Below the pieces are notes generated by a model. That model did no database searches. It worked only from the letters and a program-made list of their open reading frames with translations, and was not told the DNA's origin. Below, piece after piece: positions 10,839-21,942 of a stretch of 64,000 bases of DNA. The DNA lies in NCBI GenBank assembly GCA_965198115.1, contig OZ240241.1, positions 2,592,001 to 2,656,000 on the forward strand, in the 5' to 3' direction. Position numbers and translations under genes: made by a program. How positions within the stretch are numbered: position 1 is the first letter of the stretch; every line of letters begins with the position of its first letter. The DNA is from Candidatus Latescibacterota bacterium (GTDB lineage: Bacteria > Latescibacterota > UBA2968).

Positions 10839-11126
10839 AGCCAGCCTTGCGATGGCGGCGCATTTTCGTTTCCGCTGAACGCGATCTCGGAGCTGACCCC
10901 CCGGGCCATTATCGAGCGCCCCTCCGGGGCTTTCCGACTACCTTCGATTCTCGAGGTCTCCGGCGACGTTTCACCCCTCCGTGTGATCAGTGTGCGCGGT
11001 GGTTCCTTGCCTTTCTTCGTGTCTTCGTGTTCCGAAAGGGCTACGCTCCGGCTAACCTCCCAACTCTATCCCCGACTAAGGCCTCGATCCCCAGGACCTC
11101 CTCCTCCCTTCGTGTTCTCAGTGCCT

Positions 11127-13081
11127 TCAATCGGAGAACGGCACCCCGTGTCCCTTCCCTGGGAACCAGATCCAGTCGGCGAAGAACGAAATCCCCGCCG
11201 CGACATAGTAACCCATAATGAGACCGAGGAAAACCGGCCGCGCATCGCGATACGTCTTCGACCCGCCGAACCGCATAATGACCCACTTGCACATCCATCC
11301 GATGAAAATCGGAAAGATTACATTCGTCACCGGATAGGCCGCGCCCGCTGCGAGGCCAAGAGGGTGAAGCGACCACCAGGGGAACCGCGCCCGCATCACG
11401 TAGCGGTGAGACCCATCCCGCTCGCGAGGAAGGCGAGCTTGCGCCAGTCCGGTGGAACGGGTGACCTCGAATACTTGACGACAAAGTCCCAGGGCCCGCG
11501 CGCCAGACCACCCGAGATTTGAGATCCGTAGTTGCCGGCGCCCGTCTGGTAGGCCATGAAAATGATGTAGAGGACCGAGACCGCGATCCCCACGCCGCAC
11601 GCTGCCAGAATCACACCCGCGAGCTGCCGCTTCTGACCCTTGATCGTGTCGAACAGACGAACACTGTGCGCGAGAGCAGGCATCAGCGTCGTCTTCATAT
11701 CCCCGTGCCACCCCATCGACAGGCCCAACGCCGACATTGTCCTGGTCGACAACACATCCGTCCCGAAAGCGAACATCGTGAAGACCTGTGGAATCATCAC
11801 AGCTCGTATGGTGATCACACCCGTTTCTGCAATAATGCGTGTGATTCCCAGGTAAACGATCATCATCCCGGGGAGAAAGACTCCGACCACCCACAGGTCG
11901 AGCCCGCTGGTGTAGAGCCAGCCGCCTAGAAAAAGATGTCCTCCGAGGAATGAGAAAACGGCCGTTCGGTATGAGAGCAGTTCGTCCGAGTCATCGATCG
12001 ATGGGTCTCTGTGGATCGCCTTGCGCCAGACATCCCTCAAGTGAGACCGCGCGACCCAGATCCCCCAGCCGACGACCACGATCCACACACCCATCATCTG
12101 CCACCCGACGGGAATGAAGCCGGTCCCGGCGAAGTTCGGTTCCTTGATCTTCACGCCGATCCGATTGAAAGTCGCCTCCTCTACGATGGCCAGGACGTAG
12201 AAGAAGACGATGCTGAAGGACACGTCGAGCTTGATCAGGTACGTGAATCCCACGATCGGCCAGTAGAGGTTCATCCGAATCGGCGCAACCCCATATCCGA
12301 CCGCGATCGGATTCAGCCTCCACGGCGCTCGGGGCAGTTCGTGATTGAAGTAGCCGAGGACATTCCAGAGAATGCCGGCCGCTGACCAGGCGAACCCCAG
12401 CCAGAACAGAGACGAGCGTAAGAGAGGTGGGAGAAACGCCTTGTCCTGTGGATCTCTCTCGACGAGGGTGAGTGGGACCTCCACGAGGGGAAACTCGAGC
12501 CGCTCATACTCGATCCACTGTTTGCGCAGAATGACCATCGTCGAGAACAGGATCAGACAAACCGCGGCCAGCAGACTGAACCACCACAGAAGCGGGGCCA
12601 TCCACACGTCCCACGGAATGGATTCTCCTCTCGGTAGCCCCTCGAAGAACCACGTCAGCGCCGAACCTGGTCGGATGACGGCCCACTCTGGTAAGTATTC
12701 GTGGGTGTACTCCGCCCAGCCGTTCGTGGGATCGGCGAGGTAGTGCGGAACAGCCATACTCGCAATGAGACGACTGAGAAAGTAGGTAGGCAGTGTCGAA
12801 GCGATCAGCCCCATACTGAACATCACGAGGAGCTCACCACGATTCAACTTGAGGGGGCGCCGCAAGAAGATTGCTACGATGAAGAAGGGAAAGACGACTG
12901 CAAGCGACAGATGGTTTTGGGCTAGGCGCGTAGTGTGAAGGATATGGCGTGCGTAGAACCCGCCCAGTGCGGCAGCAAGTACGAGCGCCAGACCGAGTGC
13001 GACGGACTTCCACGTTACGGCCTTATCTGGCAGGAGACGGGTTGCGGAGTCTGGGGCGGTATCTTGTCTTGGAAGCGCCAT
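11127..13081 (-). CDS. Polytopic membrane protein, DUF6785/DUF6784-like (putative transporter); frame break near 11400
   Basis: LRKQWIEYERLEFPL and C-terminal RFPWWSLHPLG...ARPVFLGLIMG signatures; many hydrophobic segments. Confidence 0.7.
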
Positions 13082-13177
13082 CAGTTGGCGCGCTTCTGCG
13101 GGGCCCGAACAAAGGCAATTTCGTAGAAGTCCTGCGTGCGGGGTCCGAGCGCAGTGACGACCGCCCGCCAGACCCAG

Positions 13178-13936
13178 CTAGTTCTCAAAATACTCCTCCG
13201 AGTTATCGCGCGGCCGATACCCGATCGAGCGCTCCGTCTCGTCCAGATCAAACACACGTCGATCGTTGTTGCTGATGATGTAAGCATTCGTGAAATCCAC
13301 GTCCGCCTCGATCGCCCGCCGATGGGCCTCCACACAATCCCGATGGCTGAGCCACATCGCGCGCATATAGTCTTCAGCGGAAGTTCCGACCTTGGTCGAC
13401 GGATCATCTTCGACGATGAGCCACCCAATCCGCATCCCCACGAACTCGATCCCGTGCTTTTCGTAATAGAGCCTGCCGAGGTTCTCGCCCAGAAGTTTCG
13501 ACACGGCGTAGTAGGAATCCGGATTCGGCGCATCGTTCAACGCTAGCCGTACTTCCAGAGTGGGATCGAGCGTCTCCGGGGTCGTGAGGATGGTGTGACC
13601 GTGCATCGTATGATTCGTCGATGCGAAGATCATTCGCTTCACCCCTGCCAGACGACACGCCTCGAACGCATTGTGAGTCGCGTCGATGTTGTTCTCGAGA
13701 ATGCTTTCCCAGGATGCACTCGGACTCGGGTTTGCCCCAAGATGGATCAATGCCTCCAGACCTTGGAAAGCTTCCGTCAGCGCATCGATGTCATCGAACG
13801 AAACGACGGTCGACGGTAGATCGACCGAGCGTCGTGTGATGGCGCGAAGGTGATAGTCCTCAGCCAGTCCCTTCAGCAGAACTCGACCGATCGTCCCGTT
13901 CGCACCTGTAATCCCGATCTCGTTGTATCTACTCAT
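13178..13936 (-). CDS. NAD-dependent epimerase/dehydratase (uronate dehydrogenase-like SDR)
   Basis: ITGANGTIG, FASTNH, YAVSK (YxxxK), MWLSHRD. Confidence 0.85.
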   Translation of the reverse strand: MSRYNEIGITGANGTIGRVLLKGLAEDYHLRAITRRSVDLPSTVVSFDDIDALTEAFQGLEALIHLGANPSPSASWESILENNIDATHNAFEACRLAGVKRMIFASTNHTMHGHTILTTPETLDPTLEVRLALNDAPNPDSYYAVSKLLGENLGRLYYEKHGIEFVGMRIGWLIVEDDPSTKVGTSAEDYMRAMWLSHRDCVEAHRRAIEADVDFTNAYIISNNDRRVFDLDETERSIGYRPRDNSEEYFEN

Positions 13937-13974
13937 AGGAATCGTATTCGTTGATCGAATCCAGCACGGCAGGT

Positions 13975-14150
13975 ATTGTCCCGGCAAGGTTCTGAGAGCC
14001 TGTCACAACGAACAGGAGGGAGGGCCCATTCTGGTCACATTGGTTCACGGAGAGAGACCAGAAATCCAGTTGGATCCCCCTTCGACAGGCTCCCTTCGAC
14101 GGGCTCAGGACAGGCATGACAGTCGGCTCAACACACCGCCAGGATGATAT
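13975..14150. repeat. Palindromic mini-element (GTC..CCGG...GGATCC...GGATGA family) with nested inserts
   Basis: Homologous by eye to 17600-17713 and 45244-45335; contains two CCCTTCGAC.GGCT units. Confidence 0.6.
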
Positions 14151-14246
14151 TGTCTAGGCACGTGGGTGCTTCGCAATTTGTTCGCGGTCGGGGACCGCTC
14201 CCACCGCAGTGCGCGAAGCTGCCGCCTCGGCCGACCGCCCACCGTT

Positions 14247-15335
14247 CTACGCGACTCTCCACTCTTCCAAAGTCTCATACTTCGGCTCGATCCCAATCCC
14301 CGGCACATCCGGCGGACTCACCGTCCCGTCGTCGTTCAACGTCAGTGTCTCGGTATAGATCTTCCCCCACATCGGGTCCATCCGCTTGGGATAGAACTCG
14401 AGGACCAACCCGTTCGAAATCGCACTGACCAGATGGATGTGGATTTCCTGGGCACCGTGGGGAGCGATGTCCAGGTCGTGCGCCTAGGCGAGCGCGGCCA
14501 CTTTCATGAACTCCGTGACCCCGCCGAGAATCACCGCATCCGCGTTCAGGATCGGCACGCACCCCGTCGCGATCAGATCCCGGAAGCCATACCGTGTGTA
14601 TTCGTTCTCGCCCGTCGCGATTGGAATCGTCGTTTTCTCGGCAATACGCTTGTGACCCTCGTAGTCGTCGGGCGCGATCGGCTCCTCGAACCAGAAGGGA
14701 TCGAAATCCTCGATGCGATCCGCCAGCTGAACCGCCTCATACCAGCGATACGCGCAGTTAGCATCCACCATCAGATCGATGTCTGGACCGATGGCTTCAC
14801 GCACCGCCTTGACTCGTGCCACATCCTCGTTGATGGAAACCGCACCCACTTTCATCTTCACAGCCTTGGCGCCCCACTCGACGTGTTCCGACACCTCCTG
14901 CTGCAGCTCTTTCAACCCCTTGCCATCCTCGTAATAACCCCCAGCGATGTAAGTGGGCATCCGGTCTCGAAAGCCGCCCAGCATCTTGTAAAGCGGCATA
15001 CCGGCAACCTTCGCTCGCAAATCCCAGAGCGCGATATCGATGGCGCTGATCGCCCGCGTCGTCAGCCCCCGGCGCCCGATCAGCTTCGGCACCCACATCG
15101 CGTGCCACAGACGCTCCGTATCGATCGGATCCTCGCCAATCAGCAGCGGCTTCAGCGTTTCGATCGTCGCCCCGATCACACCCTTCCCGCCGCCCAGCCC
15201 GATCCCCGTCGTGCCTTCATCTGTTTCGATGAACACCAGCCCCACACCCGAATGCGTATACGTATGCTTCCCGTTCGAAATCGGTTTCGCCCGCGGCCAC
15301 CGAAAACTCTCAACCCGTATATCCGTGATCTTCAT
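14247..15335 (-). CDS. Mandelate racemase/muconate lactonizing (enolase superfamily) enzyme with an in-frame TAG at 14484-14486
   Basis: AIDIALWDL, KMKVG, MVDAN, WFEEP, TGENE; the same frame continues after the TAG as AHDLDIAPHG...PGIGIE to a stop at 14247. Confidence 0.85.
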
Positions 15336-15421
15336 TTCTCTCTCCTACTTCAGTCTGGCCAGCGACACCGTCACACTGAGCGGGAGTCGAAGTGTCGGTC
15401 TTCGCAGAATCCCCAAGACTC

Positions 15422-16453
15422 TCAGGTCATCTCACTCAATTTGACGGGCCGCCCCTCTGCCGCCGATCGATCTGCGGCAAACACGACACGATGGGACTCG
15501 AACGCCGTGTCGAAGTCAGTCAGCGGCATCGTCTCGTCGTTATTGATGCCGTGGACGAAAGCCTGAAATTGTGGCTGATAGGGATGGTCGTTCACATCGC
15601 CCGAGTCAATCAGCGGAGCATCGAGCATACTCCACTTGTCCTTCGTGATCCCTTCGATCTTCGACGAATAGAACTTGTTGTCGAGCATACTGCCGTGGCT
15701 TCCCACCAGGTGCAGGTGGAAGTAGTAAGGCTGCAGACAATCCACGACGGAAGCCACCTTGCCAACTCCGCCACGCTTGAACTTCAGGATCGTCACGCTC
15801 GTCGTAGCGTATTCGTAGGGTTGGAAAAGATCGCGCGAGCTCTTCGTCTCGTAGCTTGTCACTTCCTCGACTTCGTCCCCCATACAGAGGAGGAGCGCGT
15901 CGAGTGCGTGACATCCTGCCGTCAGCAGGCTGCTGGCCCCCATATCCTTCTTGATGTTCCAACCATACTGACCATACCACGGACCGATACCGTGGTAATA
16001 GTCCATCTCGCCATAGTGAATGTCCCCTAGCAGACCCTGATCGATCACCGATTTCGTCATCAGAAACTGGCCGCAAAACCGTACTTCGAAGCAAACGCAC
16101 GACTTCACACCCGCTTTATGGACCGCATCGCGCATCCGCTTCGCATTGTCCCAATCGATGGCGATCGGCTTTTCGATCAAAACGTGCTTTCCCGCTTCGG
16201 CAGCAGTGACCGTTTGGTCTGGGTGGAGCGGATGGGGCGTACAGATATCGACGATGTCCACATCCGCCACCATCTTGTCGTAGTCGTTGTAGACTTCGAT
16301 CGGGATCCCGAACTGAGCCTCCAACTCCTTTGGATCCAGATCGCGTCTGGAACACACGGCGGTGACGTCTGCCCCCGCGACGTCTTTGAACGTTTCGACG
16401 TGGGCTCCCGCGACCCATCCGAAGCCGACAATACCCACTTTGAGATCGCTCAT
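15422..16453 (-). CDS. Gfo/Idh/MocA family oxidoreductase
   Basis: [26 protein letters not shown]. Confidence 0.9.
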   Translation of the reverse strand: MSDLKVGIVGFGWVAGAHVETFKDVAGADVTAVCSRRDLDPKELEAQFGIPIEVYNDYDKMVADVDIVDICTPHPLHPDQTVTAAEAGKHVLIEKPIAIDWDNAKRMRDAVHKAGVKSCVCFEVRFCGQFLMTKSVIDQGLLGDIHYGEMDYYHGIGPWYGQYGWNIKKDMGASSLLTAGCHALDALLLCMGDEVEEVTSYETKSSRDLFQPYEYATTSVTILKFKRGGVGKVASVVDCLQPYYFHLHLVGSHGSMLDNKFYSSKIEGITKDKWSMLDAPLIDSGDVNDHPYQPQFQAFVHGINNDETMPLTDFDTAFESHRVVFAADRSAAEGRPVKLSEMT

Positions 16454-16556
16454 CACTTCCTCCAAATCTTGTCCGAATACTGGCCTAACCCCTTCATTTT
16501 CAACGATTCAATTACGCATGGTGGGTGCCCACCGTAAAGCGTTTCCACAGGGCAGC

Positions 16557-16586
16557 AAAAAGGCTCCCCGAATGATCCTGGGAGCC
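16557..16586 (-). terminator. Probable intrinsic terminator after the nucleoside hydrolase gene
   Basis: Minus strand reads GGCTCCC-loop-GGGAGCC followed by TTTTT. Confidence 0.6.
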
Positions 16587-16634
16587 AACAGATTCAGTCA
16601 ACTTGGACAGGGCAGGGCTGACAATACCCGCCAG

Positions 16635-17546
16635 CTATGATGACACGAGACGATCGAGGAGCAGATCCTCGAAACCTCCGAGGTCTTTCCACTCCGTTGC
16701 GCAATGAACGGTCGGAGCACCTTCCTCTACACGTGTGTGTCCGTCGTCCGTCACACGTACAGGCAGGTCTTCCATTACGCACAAGTCATTCGCAAAAGCC
16801 AGATACACGGCAACCGTATCGAACAGAATCGAACTCTGTCGTCGCCACAAATCAGGGTCATCGGCCGCCGCCTTTCCGTTCAGCCACCACGTCCGATAGT
16901 TGACGATCACCGCGGCAGCAAGAGGATCGTCGCTTTCCACAACGCGTCTGTGTTTGTCGCCTTCCAGCTGAACGATTCCGCACGTATCCAGCGGTGTGAT
17001 CGTCACGTCCCACTGTGCTTCGAACACCCTTTGTGCGGAATCAGGGCTATTCACGACATTCGCTTCAGCCACCACACGATCACGATCGCGCTTGTGACCC
17101 TTCCTCAGGCTTCCGTGCATCCCGACGTAGCGGGCATTGCCTGCAATACGCGGTTCACGTCGCAGCGCTTCTGCCACGGTCGGCAACGGCCCGATCGCGA
17201 TCACCGTCACCACTTCGTCGGAAACCAGGATCGCGTCGATCATCGCCTGAACGCCATCCTCGATCACGTCTCCTGCGTAAGACGACAACGCGTAGCCTTC
17301 GGCGCACGGCTCCTGACGGGTCTGCCCCGTGTTGCCTTCCCACTCTGGCCCAAGCCCCACGGGCAGGTCCTGTCGCCCACCCGCCTCCAGGATCTGGCAC
17401 GCGAGCTTCGCGCGGTATTCCGGCCGCCCCCGATCCGTCGTTACGAGCTTGATGTCGAGCTCCGGGCATCGCAACAGAAACGCCAGCGCCCAAGTATCGT
17501 CGATGTCGCTCCCGATGTCAGTATCGAAAATGATCGGGATTGCCAT
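16635..17546 (-). CDS. Nucleoside hydrolase (IU-NH) family protein
   Basis: N-terminal FDTDIGSDIDD Asp motif, AIGPL, AEAN, LFDTVAV. Confidence 0.85.
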   Translation of the reverse strand: MAIPIIFDTDIGSDIDDTWALAFLLRCPELDIKLVTTDRGRPEYRAKLACQILEAGGRQDLPVGLGPEWEGNTGQTRQEPCAEGYALSSYAGDVIEDGVQAMIDAILVSDEVVTVIAIGPLPTVAEALRREPRIAGNARYVGMHGSLRKGHKRDRDRVVAEANVVNSPDSAQRVFEAQWDVTITPLDTCGIVQLEGDKHRRVVESDDPLAAAVIVNYRTWWLNGKAAADDPDLWRRQSSILFDTVAVYLAFANDLCVMEDLPVRVTDDGHTRVEEGAPTVHCATEWKDLGGFEDLLLDRLVSS

Positions 17547-17599
17547 AGGAAAGGAAACCTCTCGACGCAGAGGACCGCAGAAATGGATTAGCAAACCGA

Positions 17600-17713
17600 T
17601 TGTCACCCCGGTACGCTTCTTAGGAGCCTGTCCCGAACGAATGTGAGGGAGGGCCCATTTTCTATCTTAGCGAGAAAGAATGGATCCCGGCCTGAGGATT
17701 GCCGGGATGACAA
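17600..17713. repeat. Palindromic mini-element TTGTCACCCCGG...CCGGGATGACAA with a nested 27-bp unit
   Basis: Terminal inverted repeats and internal hairpins; colinear with the reverse complement of 45244-45335. Confidence 0.7.
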
Positions 17714-17836
17714 ACGTTTGTTCCCGGGTAGCCAATCAATGTTTCTTCGCCCGCTCCGCCAACACCTCGCTGTGCTGCTCGATCCGAGCCTACCCCTCTG
17801 CCAAGTACGCCTCGGTGTGTGATCTGTGGTTCCCTC

Positions 17837-18865
17837 TCAACTGTCGAAAACACAGCCCAACTTCACGTTGGATGCGGGATCACTCATAATCTTCGGATAT
17901 TCGGTAACGATTTCCTCGAAGGGCACGATCGGCGTCACGATCGGCTCCCCAGTCAACGTGCCGTTGCTCAGCAATCGCCAACACGTCTGGAAGATCCGCT
18001 GTTCCGTCCATCGCGGATAATCACGGAGCGGCGAGCTGCACGCACGGGAGAAGATGATATTGGGCGTGTTGAAGTGGGCCTCGGCCCCGAGGTCCAGACC
18101 GGCACCATAAGGCGGCGGATAAGCGCCCGCGACCACATTGCCGCCGAAGGCAATCCCCCGAAGAGCCGCCTGCATCGCGTGAACGCTACCGCTGTACTCG
18201 ATGATCGCATCCGCACCCCGATCCCCCGTGGCGCGCTTGATCTCCAGGCCCGCATCGCAGTCTATCGGGTCGAGCGCGAGATCGGCTCCACAGTGTGTCG
18301 CCGCCTTTCGCCTGTTATCGAGCGGATCTATCGCAATCACAGGATCGGCCCCACTCAGCTTCGCAAACTGGACGACCATCAGACCGATCGCTCCCATCCC
18401 GAACACAGCCACCGCGTCACCCACACGTACGTTCCCGTCACGCACCGCCCCCATCGCGAAGTCGGCCGGGTCCAGACAGACGGCGGATTGCCACGGCATC
18501 CCTCGCGGGAGCTTCCAACAGCGGGATGCGTCGCGCGCGTGTAAATCACGAAATGAACTGTGCGTCGTCACACGATCTCCCACATCGAAACCGTCTACGC
18601 CCGAACCGACAGCTTCGATCGAACCGACAATCATATTCCCGACAGGCTTCTCGGACGGTCGTGGAGCGTCCGACTCGACGAACAGCTGCAGCTCAGCGTC
18701 GAATCGCCCACGATTGCCGCAGCCCTTCACGCTGGCCGTCTCGGTCCCGTGTTTTGCCGCCGCGTGTTCCGATCGAATCAGGACCTGACCATCCCCGGCA
18801 ATCGGATCATCCACCTCGCGAATCTCCAGGTGTTCGGGCGACAGCGCGACAATCTCACGTGCCAT
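17837..18865 (-). CDS. Zinc-binding (MDR) alcohol dehydrogenase-like protein
   Basis: HGTE, VGSIEAVGSGV, VAVFGMGAIG. Confidence 0.8.
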   Translation of the reverse strand: MAREIVALSPEHLEIREVDDPIAGDGQVLIRSEHAAAKHGTETASVKGCGNRGRFDAELQLFVESDAPRPSEKPVGNMIVGSIEAVGSGVDGFDVGDRVTTHSSFRDLHARDASRCWKLPRGMPWQSAVCLDPADFAMGAVRDGNVRVGDAVAVFGMGAIGLMVVQFAKLSGADPVIAIDPLDNRRKAATHCGADLALDPIDCDAGLEIKRATGDRGADAIIEYSGSVHAMQAALRGIAFGGNVVAGAYPPPYGAGLDLGAEAHFNTPNIIFSRACSSPLRDYPRWTEQRIFQTCWRLLSNGTLTGEPIVTPIVPFEEIVTEYPKIMSDPASNVKLGCVFDS

Positions 18866-19013
18866 AGTATGGCTCCGCTGAGGCGGATCCGCAGAGGAGC
18901 AGGGAGCCGGGAGCGGAGGGGAGCGATCTTTCATCCCCCAGCCCCCTGCCTGTCCTGAGTAGTCTGCGCAGCAGACGTATCGAAGGGCTCCCCAGCCCCC
19001 CAGCAGTCGCTGA

Positions 19014-19880
19014 TTATCCATACAATGCCATCCCATCGGCATCGACATCGTGTGCCTCCATTTGCCCGATCTCCTGACCGGTGACATAGATCCGCTTCTC
19101 GCCCGGTTTTCCAAACGCCACATTCGTCGGTCGTTTGTCGATCAGTGAGATCCGCTTATCGAGCGATCCATCCTGATTGTATACAGCAACATCTCCATAG
19201 CCGATGACCGTCACGTAAAGTCTGCCACGATCGTCGAATGCCATCCCATCGACGCCGCGACGGGAATCATCCATCTCGATCTCAGGGAACGCGTTCGCGA
19301 AAAACTCTCGCGACGGGTTCGCCTTCGACACATCGTACCGGAAAATGTCACCGGTCAGTGTCTCGTTCGCGTAAAGGTAGCCATCCTGTCCATACGCAAT
19401 CCCGTTCGCAAATCCGATACCCGAGTCGATTTTCGTGGCTGTCTGCGTCCCGAGATCGATCTTCCACACTTTGCCATCCACCTCAGGCCTTTCGGCCTCG
19501 CCATTCCGAAACAAACGCCAGGTTGGCTCGAGAACGCCAGAGTCGGTCATCCACAGCGTCCCGTCCGGGCCGAATACCAAGTCATTCGAGAACAGAAATG
19601 GATCGCCCTCCGGACCCGTCATCAGGATCTCAAACTGGCCGTCGAGAGACATCTTCAGCAGAGAGGGCGGATTCTTCGACTCGGCGACCCAGACAATGCC
19701 TTCGCTGTCGATCGCGAGCCCGTTCGGTCGGCCGGTCCTCGCCAGTTCGGTTCGCTCCGTGCCATCGGCAGAGATTCGCGCCACACACCCTCGCTCCGGC
19801 GCCATCTCCACAACCAACCAATCTCCATTGGGTAACAGCACGGGTCCTTCGGGGTTCATCAGGTCATCACAAAAAATCAT
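19014..19880 (-). CDS. SMP-30/gluconolactonase/LRE family protein
   Basis: PEGP, PNGLA, NDLVF, ANGIA, DGMAFD, PTNVAFG. Confidence 0.9.
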   Translation of the reverse strand: MIFCDDLMNPEGPVLLPNGDWLVVEMAPERGCVARISADGTERTELARTGRPNGLAIDSEGIVWVAESKNPPSLLKMSLDGQFEILMTGPEGDPFLFSNDLVFGPDGTLWMTDSGVLEPTWRLFRNGEAERPEVDGKVWKIDLGTQTATKIDSGIGFANGIAYGQDGYLYANETLTGDIFRYDVSKANPSREFFANAFPEIEMDDSRRGVDGMAFDDRGRLYVTVIGYGDVAVYNQDGSLDKRISLIDKRPTNVAFGKPGEKRIYVTGQEIGQMEAHDVDADGMALYG

Positions 19881-19964
19881 TTTCTGTACTCGTTAAGATG
19901 TTTGAGAACATCGGTGGGACTGGCCTCCCTGCCAGGAACTCTGTTACGAATCCCTCTTATAATC

Positions 19965-19993
19965 TGTTCGCAGCCGGGAGGCTTCTCCCACCG
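19965..19993. repeat. REP-like unit TGTTCGCAGCCGGGAGGCT(T/G)CTCCCACCG, copy 1
   Basis: 28/29 identical to the reverse complement of 36208-36236. Confidence 0.7.
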
Positions 19994-20041
19994 GACATTT
20001 CGCTACGTCATATATCGAATCTGTGGCAGTCGGACGCTGCC

Positions 20042-21041
20042 TCAGCTTCGCTTCACACTCCCATATTTCAGCATCGCGATCAGCGCAGAATCGTCCACAT
20101 CCAGCGGCAACGTCACCTTCCCTCGTCTTCGACTCGATTCGTAAGTCGAGAAAATCAGTTCCGTCGCCGCCAACGCCTTCCGACCCGCCAATTCTGGCTC
20201 ACGCTCGGTCTTGATCGCATCGACCAGATCCAATACGGAACATACGGTTGCGTCCTCGTGCGGAACGATTCCCGATAGCTTCGGCGTTTCCCACTTGCCT
20301 TTTGCGAGCACGCGAACCTGCGCATCCTTTTGACCCGCCGGATCTCGACCATCCCCTCCGTGCCGATGATACGGTTCACATTCTCCTTCAAGCCGACGCC
20401 GCCGGTCGCGAGCAGACCTTCGCGATCGTTCTCGTACCGAATCCAGGACAATCCGCTTCCCTCGCAAGGTGTCCCAAAGATGTCTTTCGTTCCTTCCCCA
20501 TCGATCTGTCCTATCACCCATTCGGCCGGTTTGTCGTCATTGTAGAAAAAGAAAGTGGGTTCCCCAATCGAACAGATTCGAACAGGACGCCTCGAATCGA
20601 TAGATCTCCCCGATCGCCCCCGACTTCGCAATCTCCTTCCCTTTCACGAACTGCGCGGCAAAGCGGCGTTGATGGCAGAACGTGATCGTCACCCCGTTGT
20701 CGTCACACGCCTTGATGATCGCCTTCGCATCGCCCCAGGTCGTCGCCATCGGTTTTTCGCTATGGATCGCCTTCACACCGGACGCCACAACCGCCTCGAT
20801 CATCTCCCGGTGCAACCCCGTCCAGGTGCACACGCTGACGATGTCCAGCTGCTCCTTCTCCAGTATATTAGGATAGTCGTCATATCCGCGCCACATCGAA
20901 CTTGCCCACGAACTCGGTCCGGCTCTCCTCGAATGGATCCGCACACGCAACAATCGTCACGTCATCCGCTGCCGTATAACCTCGCGCGTGTCCGCGTCCT
21001 CGACCACCGCACCCGATCACACCTGCCCTTAGCCTTGCCGT
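20042..21041 (-). pseudogene. Gfo/Idh/MocA oxidoreductase, multiply disrupted (ACG at the expected start, several frame breaks)
   Basis: AGVIGCGGRG, IHSEKPMA and HQRRF fragments in different frames; apparent deletion after FDWGTH. Confidence 0.7.
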
Positions 21042-21067
21042 CTTTCCCCTTCCTTGAATTCAACGAC

Positions 21068-21910
21068 TCAGGCGATGGCCTCTTCGCCAAGATGCTCTTC
21101 CATCCAGAGCTTCAGCGGAACATCCACGTCCTCGGGTGAAGTGAACCCGAAATTCCCCGTCGGCGCGTGATGAAACAGCTGCTTCTGGATGTCGTCCAAC
21201 TCGTCCCAATAGTCGGTGATCGTGCACTCGTCACGTGGGCGAAGCCAGCGGTAGCTGTAGCCGTAGAAGATGACCTTTCTCGGCTCAGTCCAATGATTGG
21301 CGCTCGCCGAGTGCCACAGTCGACGATCGAAAATCGCGGCCGAGCCCTTCGGCGCGAGCACGGGCATCGATTCTCGAACGTTGCGTGTCCGATCTCCGTC
21401 CGGCCACTCCACCACGTCCTGTAGCTGGCTCCCCGGAATCACATGAAAGTTGCCACGCCCCGGTTCGCTCGTATCGCTCAAGAAATATGCCACCTTGATC
21501 GACAGTCTCGGTCTGGGGCTCGTCTCCATCTCGTGATTGACACGTGCCGTATCCTGATGCCAGCGTAGCCCGATACCGACGTCACTGTCCGGCGGCTCCG
21601 GGCGCGTCACGTTCAAGTGGTAAATCTGGATGTTCCAACCGAGGATCCCGAACACCTTCGCGAATGTCTTTGGATACGTGATGAGGTCAACGAAAGCTTC
21701 GTCCCGACCGATGAAGTCCCGCACACTCATCTTTCCGTGTTGATCCAGACCCCGTGATTCGCGCTCCTCGGCATCAATACGATCCACGGCCTCCGTCAGC
21801 CGATCGATCCGGTCTTCGGTCAGCACATCTTCTAGAATCAGAACGCCATTCTTCTCGAACTCCAGTCTTTCGAAATCTGTCAGTTGGTAGTCCAGACAGG
21901 CAGTATCCAT
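21068..21910 (-). CDS. Phytanoyl-CoA dioxygenase family Fe(II)/2-oxoglutarate dioxygenase
   Basis: WHQD...VIPGS...FDRRLWH facial triad. Confidence 0.85.
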   Translation of the reverse strand: MDTACLDYQLTDFERLEFEKNGVLILEDVLTEDRIDRLTEAVDRIDAEERESRGLDQHGKMSVRDFIGRDEAFVDLITYPKTFAKVFGILGWNIQIYHLNVTRPEPPDSDVGIGLRWHQDTARVNHEMETSPRPRLSIKVAYFLSDTSEPGRGNFHVIPGSQLQDVVEWPDGDRTRNVRESMPVLAPKGSAAIFDRRLWHSASANHWTEPRKVIFYGYSYRWLRPRDECTITDYWDELDDIQKQLFHHAPTGNFGFTSPEDVDVPLKLWMEEHLGEEAIA

Positions 21911-21942
21911 CTTGACCTCCTGACGAAAGGTGGACCGCTCCG

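Noticed and set aside
10821-11522. 233-aa ORF following the IS630 (possible cargo gene)
   Set aside because: Runs across the IS end and repeat-rich DNA and is antisense to the membrane protein gene; no recognisable domain
14484-14486. Pyrrolysine or other amber recoding
   Set aside because: TAG is used as a normal stop by many genes here, no pyl genes are in the window, and the CCAGG-to-CTAGG change explains it more simply
14166-15566. 466-aa plus-strand ORF
   Set aside because: Antisense shadow of the enolase-superfamily gene; no motifs
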